A DNA stretch of 56,438 nt. Origin: a virus (Duplodnaviria > Caudoviricetes). Where the stretch lies: positions 1 through 56,438 of IMG/VR virus record IMGVR_UViG_3300042197_000988, one strand, 5' to 3'. Shown piece after piece: positions 50,260-56,438 of this stretch. Below the pieces are notes generated by a model that saw only the letters and a program-made list of their open reading frames with translations, did not search any database and was not told the origin of the DNA. A program made the translations under genes and the position numbers. Each line of letters opens with the position of its first letter. Position 1 is the first letter of the stretch.

Positions 50260-51507
50260 TCAGCAATACGACTTGATCTTGTTGATCGCGTCCTTGTCGA
50301 GCCCCTTCCAGACGGCCATTCGCATCGTGTCCTCGATGCTGAACCCGAGCCGAATCATCATGCAGGCCGATTTCGCCGCACGCGGCGAAACGATGTGCCG
50401 GATGCCGGTGGCGTCGATTGCGTTACGGACCTGAACGATCCGGCGGCAGACGTCCATGCAGCGGAGTTCGCACTCAGCCTTGAGTTCGGCGTCGCGTGCA
50501 GCGTCGTTCTCGTCGGTCACCTTGTAGAAGGAAAATGTCTCGGGACGAGGCGAATCGCTGAAGCACTCCGGGCTGACACCGCACATCGCGGCCTCGATGG
50601 CCGGATCATACGGGAAGTCCATCAGCACAAATCGGTCGCGGGTCGCCTCGTCCAGTTTCTCGCGGCCGACATACTGCGTATTCGCCCCCATGCCGATCGT
50701 GTTCGCCCCGGCGATCAGCCGGAAGTCCTTGTGGCGGGTCACCATCCCGTCCGGGAACGACGCCCGATGGTTCGCCATGAGTGCGTTCATCACGACCATG
50801 ACGTTCGGGTTGCCGGCGTCAACCTCATCGAGCAGGAAGACGCCGCCATGCTCGAACGCTTCGCGGAGGTCGGTGCGAACGTACTCGCCGGTGCTTACGT
50901 TGCGGTATCCGAGCAGATCGGCCTTGCTGGTCTGTTTGCATACCGACTGAGCGTAGTGAGGCAGGTCGAGGGCATCGGCGACCGAAGCCGCGATCGACGT
51001 CTTGCCGGAGCCGGCGGGGCCGACGAGCCAGACGTTGAGGCCAGCCGACACGAGCCGAAGCAAGGCGTCGAAATGGCAGTGCTGAACTCCCATGTCCTTG
51101 GTCACCTTATCAACGGTCACGACCTCGACCGAACGCGGCAGCGTGAACGACTGAACTCGCTCGTCGATGAGCGACAGGACTTCATCGCGATCCAACTTGC
51201 CTGTGACGTAGGGGCCGATCACGTCGGCCAGAATCTGTGCCAGACCCTTGTCGGCGAGGTCGCCGGGGAGCGTCGGCGTCGGGGCTGGGTCGCGAGCCGG
51301 CATCTGCTCTGGCTCGACGCGGCTCTGCTCATTGGAGCCGAGCAGAACCGTCAGGCGTCGCTTGCTCAACTTCGTCTCGACGCCGCTCTCCCAGCGAACC
51401 TTGAACATCTGCTTCTTGCGAGTCCCGGTGCCGTTGACCCACTCGCGGTCGATCACGGTGCCTTCACCAGCCCGAGTCCGAAACGTCATGCCGATTTCAA
51501 TCTTCAT
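50260..51507 (-). CDS. MoxR/CobS-like AAA+ ATPase
   Basis: GPAGSGKT, LLDEVD, AGANT, LDEATRDRF, SPR. Confidence 0.88.
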   Translation of the reverse strand: MKIEIGMTFRTRAGEGTVIDREWVNGTGTRKKQMFKVRWESGVETKLSKRRLTVLLGSNEQSRVEPEQMPARDPAPTPTLPGDLADKGLAQILADVIGPYVTGKLDRDEVLSLIDERVQSFTLPRSVEVVTVDKVTKDMGVQHCHFDALLRLVSAGLNVWLVGPAGSGKTSIAASVADALDLPHYAQSVCKQTSKADLLGYRNVSTGEYVRTDLREAFEHGGVFLLDEVDAGNPNVMVVMNALMANHRASFPDGMVTRHKDFRLIAGANTIGMGANTQYVGREKLDEATRDRFVLMDFPYDPAIEAAMCGVSPECFSDSPRPETFSFYKVTDENDAARDAELKAECELRCMDVCRRIVQVRNAIDATGIRHIVSPRAAKSACMMIRLGFSIEDTMRMAVWKGLDKDAINKIKSYC

Positions 51508-51568
51508 CTTCGTTCTCCATTTCAAAGTGAACCGAACCTTGCCGCCGGACGCCCCGGCGACCCCCCCT

Positions 51569-51598
51569 AGTATAGACTCTATCGACGTTTGGCGGCAA
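51569..51598 (-). promoter_or_regulatory. Sigma70-like early promoter
   Basis: TTGCCG-N18-TATACT with upstream A/T tract. Confidence 0.7.
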
Positions 51599-51681
51599 TA
51601 GGGGGTAGAAAAAAATCTTTTCAGGGCAGGGCAGGGGGATTTCCGGCGGTTTGCCGGGGGCCGGGGCCGGGGCCGGGGCGG

Positions 51682-51828
51682 TCAGTTCCGTTCAGCCTGT
51701 GCCGCGTTCATTGCGGCTTTCGCCTCTTCAAGGATCTTCCGCCTTTTCTCGTCGTCAAACAGTTCTCGTGCAATGACGAGCGAGAAGAGCTTTTTGCACG
51801 AATCGAGCAGCCGTTCGTAGGTGTTCAT
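51682..51828 (-). CDS. Small hypothetical protein
   Basis: Start overlaps the upstream stop. Confidence 0.45.
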   Translation of the reverse strand: MNTYERLLDSCKKLFSLVIARELFDDEKRRKILEEAKAAMNAAQAERN

Positions 51829-52061
51829 TTTTTCTTCGCTCGTCGCAGTTCTCGTGATCGAGCGATCCAATCAGGGTTTCCTGGCGTCGAATGAATAAAC
51901 GGCCTGATCTTGGCAATATCTCGAGGATCAATCGCAACGAGCCTGCCGTCAACGAAAACTCCGATGCCGCGTGACTTCGCCGCACGGGACACAGTGCGCG
52001 GTGAAACGCCGAGCTGCTCCGCTGCTTTCGCTGAACTCACGTACTCAATCATTCCCATCAT
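51825..52061 (-). CDS. Xis/MerR-like HTH protein
   Basis: YVSSAKAAEQLGVSPRTV, PGNP. Confidence 0.7.
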   Translation of the reverse strand: MMGMIEYVSSAKAAEQLGVSPRTVSRAAKSRGIGVFVDGRLVAIDPRDIAKIRPFIHSTPGNPDWIARSRELRRAKKK

Positions 52062-52317
52062 TTCCGTTTCTCCTTCTTGGTCTTGGTCTTGGTCTTGGTC
52101 TTGGTCTTGCCTTGGCGAGATCCACTGCCCGTGGCCTGCCGTGGCTCTTGCTTCCGTGCGCGACGTATCGCTTGAGTTCAGAAGCGTCAATCATCCAGTA
52201 GTACGCGGTTGGGTGGTGCGATGCCTTGATCCGGCCATCCGCGATCAACTCGCGAACGCGAATCGCCGACACCCCGAGCACCTCTGCCGCTTCACGAACT
52301 TTCAGCGTCACCGCCAT
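52045..52317 (-). CDS. Xis/HTH_17-like protein with GRPR and (RP)n tail
   Basis: VREAAEVLGVSAIRVRELIADGRI. Confidence 0.75.
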   Translation of the reverse strand: MAVTLKVREAAEVLGVSAIRVRELIADGRIKASHHPTAYYWMIDASELKRYVAHGSKSHGRPRAVDLAKARPRPRPRPRPRRRNGNDGND

Positions 52318-52392
52318 ATTGCTTCTCCGTGTCCTATAGAGGAATAGGGTGGGGGTCGTGTCAAGTCAAGGCCGCGAAAGTTCGGCTTGTTT

Positions 52393-52614
52393 TCAGCCGA
52401 TCCGCGAACGCTTTCGTCCGGCGCGGCTGGGGTCGCGGGTTAGATACTCCTTCAGGTTCTTCTCCAGCGACGTGCGCTTCACTGCCCACGCCCGCCCGTT
52501 GAGTTTGAAGCCTTCGAGGGCGCCTTCCCGCAGGAGCCGCAACACCCAAGCATCAGTGCAGCCAAGGACTTCCGACGCGACCGGGACAGAAACGTATTCG
52601 GGGGCTTGAGGCAT
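52393..52614 (-). CDS. Xis/HTH_17-like protein
   Basis: VSVPVASEVLGCTDAWVLRLLREGAL.G.K..GRAWAV. Confidence 0.75.
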   Translation of the reverse strand: MPQAPEYVSVPVASEVLGCTDAWVLRLLREGALEGFKLNGRAWAVKRTSLEKNLKEYLTRDPSRAGRKRSRIG

Positions 52615-52705
52615 TGTTTGGACTCCCTTAGTATCGAACCAACGAAAGAGCCGCCGACAACGAGAGGCTCACGCCTCTTTCCCGTGATTGGCGACTGTTT
52701 TCGAA

Positions 52706-52729
52706 TGGCGGGGGTAGGATTCGACCCAC
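52706..52729 (-). other. Putative attP core resembling a tRNA 3' end
   Basis: GTGGGTCGAATCCTACCCCCGCCA (T-arm-like plus 3' acceptor strand) about 140 bp upstream of the integrase. Confidence 0.55.
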
Positions 52730-52868
52730 TCTTGTCCAACGGTGTCTCTGCGTAATCGCTCCAACCCTTACAAGCGGACACGACGTCAACTTTTTTCTTT
52801 GCTCGTTTGCTCGCACGGATTCGTGGGCTAGATGCAATCGCCACCTAAAACGGTGAAAGGTTTTTGTA

Positions 52869-53726
52869 ATGCTGCTCACAGAACTGTTTGAGAATCTCTA
52901 TCGCCCGCTTCGCCTTCGCGGCAGGTCGGCCAACACCACGCGACTCTACGGCTGCACGTTGCGGTCGTTCTCGAAGTGGCTCGGCTACGAGGCCACGCTG
53001 CAAGACCTGACTGACCTCACGATCAGTCGCTTCCTAGAGCACCGTGCGTCGATCCGCAGTCCGTACACGGCCGAGAAGGAGCGGTCGCAGTTGCTGTCCC
53101 TCTGGCGGCTCGCTGCTGACCGCAATCTGCTCAAGGATCGCCCGTGCGTGCCTCCGGGGCCGCTTCCTGAGCGAACCCCGGAGGCGTGGTCGCTGGAACA
53201 GATGCACGCTCTGATGCGAGCCGCCGAGGCCACGCGTGGAACCGTCGGCAACGTCGAGGCCCGCTACTGGTACCCGGCACTCATCAGCGTGCTCTGGGAG
53301 ACGGCCGAACGCATCGGGGCCGTGCTGGCCTGCACGCCGCACGACTTTGTTTCACCGACGCTTGCCGTGCGGGCCGAGTACCGCAAGGGCGGCAAACGCG
53401 ACCGCATCTACAGGCTGTCAGATGAGACGTGCGAGCGAGTCAGGCTCGCGTGCGGCACCCGCCGCATCTTCGAGTGGACGCAGAACCCCGGATACCTGTG
53501 GCTGCGGTACAAGGACGTTGTCGCTCGTGCAGGCCTCGGGACTTCTCGCAAGTGCGGGTTTCATCAACTGAGGCGAACCTCCGCGAGCCACTACGCCGCC
53601 TTGGGGGGCGACCCAGTGAAGTTGCTCGACCACTCCAGCCCGCGTATCACGCAACGCTGGTATCTGGATCGCCGCATGACCGACCGCGAGCCGCCAGCCT
53701 GCGATGTCCTGCCGAAGATCGGCTGA
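52869..53726 (+). CDS. int: Tyrosine recombinase/integrase
   Basis: TAERIGA (R), RKGG (K), FHQLRR (HxxR), LDHS (H), RWY (Y); only plus-strand gene. Confidence 0.9.
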   Translation: MLLTELFENLYRPLRLRGRSANTTRLYGCTLRSFSKWLGYEATLQDLTDLTISRFLEHRASIRSPYTAEKERSQLLSLWRLAADRNLLKDRPCVPPGPLPERTPEAWSLEQMHALMRAAEATRGTVGNVEARYWYPALISVLWETAERIGAVLACTPHDFVSPTLAVRAEYRKGGKRDRIYRLSDETCERVRLACGTRRIFEWTQNPGYLWLRYKDVVARAGLGTSRKCGFHQLRRTSASHYAALGGDPVKLLDHSSPRITQRWYLDRRMTDREPPACDVLPKIG

Positions 53727-53731
53727 CGGGG

Positions 53732-53766
53732 GGCGGCAGGGTGAAAGGTGGAAAGCCCCTGCCGCC
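53732..53766. terminator. Hairpin between convergent genes
   Basis: GGCGGCAGGG/CCCTGCCGCC 10-bp stem right after the int stop; no U-tail. Confidence 0.5.
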
Positions 53767-53788
53767 GCGCCCCGCCGCCCGGATGAGC

Positions 53789-54163
53789 CTAGTCGCGATG
53801 AGCAGCTGCGCGTCGCAACGCCTCGCGGTACATGACTAGGGCAATCGCTGAATACGAGCACATGTCCAGCAGCGTGTCTTCGATGCCGTCGAACTCGACG
53901 ACGCCGCGACGAAAGAATGACCGCAGCCGGTGCATCTTGTCACTTATTCGCAGGATCGCACCTGCCCACGGTTCGACGTTGATGATGTCCGCAGAGTCGC
54001 GAATGTTCATCAAGGCGTCTTCGTCGGCTCCATAGTCCAGCGACTTCTTGAGGTGCAACTGCTTGACCTCTTCGAGCACGGCAATGAACGCCCCCGAGCC
54101 AGGTCGAATCGGGATCGTCTCAGGTGCCTGCTCGGTTGTCGTTACTGTCGCTGCTGCTTCCAT
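53789..54163 (-). CDS. Nmad1/DUF1599-like all-alpha nucleotide pyrophosphatase-fold protein
   Basis: KKSLDYG, RISDKMHRL, EDTLLDMCSY. Confidence 0.75.
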   Translation of the reverse strand: MEAAATVTTTEQAPETIPIRPGSGAFIAVLEEVKQLHLKKSLDYGADEDALMNIRDSADIINVEPWAGAILRISDKMHRLRSFFRRGVVEFDGIEDTLLDMCSYSAIALVMYREALRRAAAHRD

Positions 54164-55247
54164 GCTTTCTTTCCTTTCGCAAGTCTCTGTCGCAGTAAAG
54201 CGGAAACGCTCTTGTGACTTCGCTTCTCCCGTGGTCGATCACCACGCAGGCTTGGCACGGAGCCTCGTATGCCGCTTTGATCTTGACAGCGTAGGCCGAG
54301 TGTCCAATCACAGAGCCGTTGGACACGTACCGCCCAGCCCGCAGCCAGCCGAACGTGTGGTAGTGACCGAAGCACGTCAGGTCGGCCCGTTCGATGGCGT
54401 CCCATGCTGCGATCGCTTTCGTTGCTGGTAGGGCCAGGCCATAGACGCCACCCGAGTACCGAATGGCGTGGCCATGGCAGAAACGAACCTTGAAGCCATC
54501 GACCGTGATGTAGTTCAGGTGGCCTTCGCCGACAGCCCACACGACGTTCTTGTTCTTCTCTTCGGCTGCCATTGTCAGGTAAAGATTCTGCTCGAAGCTG
54601 TGATCCATCTCTGTGCCGACCCGGAGCTTCTCTGTGCTGCGACCGTGGTTCCCCGAGTTCGTCGCGACGATCACTTCGCTGGCCTGCCCGGCAACCGCGT
54701 CGATGAAGCCGCGAAGCCTCTCGCCGATCCACCGGCATGCCGTCAACGGTGCCAGTTGGGCCAACTCCGCTGTGTCCGGGTGAATGTGACCACTGATCAG
54801 GTCACCGCCCAGCCACACGATTATGCGGTCGATGCTGGCGAGCCGCCGTTCGTGGTCGAGCATCGCGAAGAACCGCTCTTGCAGTTCGGCCATCCGGGTT
54901 TCGCAGACGTCGAGGTTGTATTCATTGAGCCCGTTGACTGTCTCTGGCTTGACAGACTCCTCGCAGTGGATGTCCGACAACATCACGATCATGGTGGCTG
55001 CGTGCTTCTGCGTGGTATTTTTTGTTTTCGCTGGCTTCGGTGGCTGGACGCTCCGCAACCCCTTCAGTGCCAGCAACGAGTCCGCGCGATCTCGCTCTTT
55101 GTCGATCTGCTGCAACGCCTGCTTGTATTTGCTGCGAAGTCCAGCAGCCTCGCTCCTGAGCCTCGCCAGTTCGGCGTCCTGCTCAAGCGTTGCCTCGTGT
55201 GCTGCTGCTGCGACAGCGATGTCGTCTAGTCGTTTTGGCGTAGCCAT
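54120..55247 (-). CDS. Calcineurin-like metallophosphoesterase with N-terminal coiled coil
   Basis: SDIH, GGD, GNHG, HGH, GHYH. Confidence 0.85.
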   Translation of the reverse strand: MATPKRLDDIAVAAAAHEATLEQDAELARLRSEAAGLRSKYKQALQQIDKERDRADSLLALKGLRSVQPPKPAKTKNTTQKHAATMIVMLSDIHCEESVKPETVNGLNEYNLDVCETRMAELQERFFAMLDHERRLASIDRIIVWLGGDLISGHIHPDTAELAQLAPLTACRWIGERLRGFIDAVAGQASEVIVATNSGNHGRSTEKLRVGTEMDHSFEQNLYLTMAAEEKNKNVVWAVGEGHLNYITVDGFKVRFCHGHAIRYSGGVYGLALPATKAIAAWDAIERADLTCFGHYHTFGWLRAGRYVSNGSVIGHSAYAVKIKAAYEAPCQACVVIDHGRSEVTRAFPLYCDRDLRKERKHGSSSDSNDNRAGT

Positions 55248-55489
55248 GCGGCAATCGTTACCTCCGACGCTGTGACGGGCGATCCAATTTCGTGCGACCA
55301 CTTGATGATTGCTCTCGCGAGCAACTTCTTGGTGATCACCAACTCACCAGACAGGAGCTTTCGCCGCGCCGACAGAAGTTCGTCCAGTGCTTTCGGCGGC
55401 AGCACAGAAGTCCAATCCGGCCTCTTTTGCGGACCGACAGACGCAGCGGCGATGTCAGCGAGGCTCTTAGGCTCTTTTTTGCTAGGCAC
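55226..55489 (-). CDS. Hypothetical protein
   Basis: Coupled ORF. Confidence 0.5.
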   Translation of the reverse strand: MPSKKEPKSLADIAAASVGPQKRPDWTSVLPPKALDELLSARRKLLSGELVITKKLLARAIIKWSHEIGSPVTASEVTIAAWLRQND

Positions 55490-55491
55490 GG

Positions 55492-55803
55492 CTACCCCTC
55501 GCTTTCGCGTTTCTCGAAACGAATACCGAGTGACCACAGGAGCCTCGCAAGGTCAGCCGCGTGCTGCGTCACGACCGATTCGTCGTACGCCGGATTCAAC
55601 GCGTGATACGCCTCGTGGATGAGCAGTTCGAGTGCGGCCCTGTTGCGTTTCTTGAACGTCTTCTCGTCGATCAGGATTCGCTCTTGGATGTTCTTGCTGC
55701 GTTCGTCGCGTATGTACGTCCACCCAATGACGCCGCTCCGAAGCCGCGTAAACTTCAGAGGCCACACCTTCCCGCCGAGTTTGAAGTGGTGCGTCTCCGG
55801 CAT
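55492..55803 (-). CDS. Small HExxH metallopeptidase-like protein
   Basis: LLIHEAYHA...E..V. Confidence 0.7.
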   Translation of the reverse strand: MPETHHFKLGGKVWPLKFTRLRSGVIGWTYIRDERSKNIQERILIDEKTFKKRNRAALELLIHEAYHALNPAYDESVVTQHAADLARLLWSLGIRFEKRESEG

Positions 55804-55832
55804 GATTCCGACTTCCCTGCCGCGTGAGGCTG

Positions 55833-56276
55833 CTACTTGGCAGCCGCCTGCCTCTTGGCATTGGAGATGGCCCTCTTCACAAGCAGCGTACCGGCCGCGT
55901 CAATGAAAGGCAGTTTCCTGCGTGTGGCCTCTTCTCGTAGCCACGCAACGATCGTGGGGATGTTTTTCTCGCACCACTCGATTCCGTTTTCGTTCATCGC
56001 TTTTGCGCGGCGATTGCAGGAGCACCCCGGCTTCGCCGTGATGCCGATCTTTGACAGCAGTTTCTTCAACTCTGTTCCGGGGCCGTGCTTTTCCGGCTCG
56101 CTGGCCGCAACTGTCGGCGGCTTCGCTCCTTTGGGGTGCCTTGGGTATGACCGATGGTTTTCGTCGATCGTCCACATGTCGCCTTTGACCGAAACGACAC
56201 AAGGCATGACTTCAGCGAGCGAGTAGTTGCGCTCAAGGCACCTCTGCTCGAGGTGCTTTCGGTGGCACGTAATCAT
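55833..56276 (-). CDS. Hypothetical Cys-containing protein after the fibre genes
   Basis: ATGA overlap with the wrap-around gene; GPGTELKKLL...CSCNRRA. Confidence 0.7.
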   Translation of the reverse strand: MITCHRKHLEQRCLERNYSLAEVMPCVVSVKGDMWTIDENHRSYPRHPKGAKPPTVAASEPEKHGPGTELKKLLSKIGITAKPGCSCNRRAKAMNENGIEWCEKNIPTIVAWLREEATRRKLPFIDAAGTLLVKRAISNAKRQAAAK

Positions 56277-56438
56277 GGCAGTGGGTTTTGGCTAGGGTCT
56301 ATTGACAGTCGCTTGCCATCTTCGGCTGCAAGTATCTTGCCATCCTCGGCAAGCAGGTTCTCTGCGCCGTCGCTCGATGAACTGCTGCTTGACGAGCCAT
56401 CCGAACTGCCGCTGGAGGGCTGGCTGCTTGACGAGCCA
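56273..56438 (-). CDS. 3' end of the wrap-around Cys/Ser-rich protein (continuation of 1778..1)
   Basis: In frame across the junction: ...DGSSSSSSSDGAENLLAEDGKILAAEDGKRLSIDPSQNPLP*. Confidence 0.85.
   Translation of the reverse strand, partial: GSSSSQPSSGSSDGSSSSSSSSDGAENLLAEDGKILAAEDGKRLSIDPSQNPLP

Noticed and set aside
49373-51507. AAA ATPase pair as cobalamin biosynthesis (cobS/cobT) auxiliary genes
   Set aside because: MoxR-type ATPase/VWA pairs are common in phage early regions and no other cobalamin genes are present
52690-52790. Complete tRNA gene
   Set aside because: Only a T-arm-like and 3' acceptor segment is present, with no matching 5' acceptor, D arm or anticodon arm
56400-56438. 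Physical direct terminal repeat of the virion DNA
   Set aside because: It is one unit of an intragenic tandem array, best explained as an assembly break or overlap; the HNH/terminase type points to ends elsewhere

Overview
The window looks like an essentially complete, circularly assembled genome (~56.4 kb, GC-rich) of a temperate long-tailed phage with HK97-type head genes. Bases 56400-56438 equal bases 1-39, and an ORF reads in frame across that junction. Nearly all genes are on the minus strand; only the tyrosine integrase is on plus. The recognisable modules, in transcription order (high to low coordinates), are: (1) metallophosphoesterase/Nmad1 genes, integrase with a tRNA-like attP, and three Xis-like HTH genes; (2) an early region with repeated sigma70-like promoters and repeated leader motifs; (3) replication genes: SNF2-like helicase, SSB-like protein, Prim-Pol, putative origin, UvrD helicase, VRR-NUC nuclease, beta clamp; (4) a C5 cytosine methyltransferase; (5) an atypical membrane-protein/C1-peptidase cassette; (6) an HNH gene followed by a ParB-TET/JBP-radical SAM-sulfotransferase-like-glycosyltransferase operon directly before the terminase; (7) head, neck and tail genes with a -1 frameshifting chaperone; (8) a tail-tip region with GT25-sulfotransferase and GT8-methyltransferase fusions next to two large Ser/Gly-repeat, Cys-rich proteins. 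The two best candidates for undescribed systems are a possible sulfated-glyco-5hmC DNA hypermodification pathway and a possible proteoglycan-like (glycosylated, sulfated, methylated) virion fibre system. A Planctomycetota host is inferred, not shown. All family calls come from motif recognition by eye; no searches were run.
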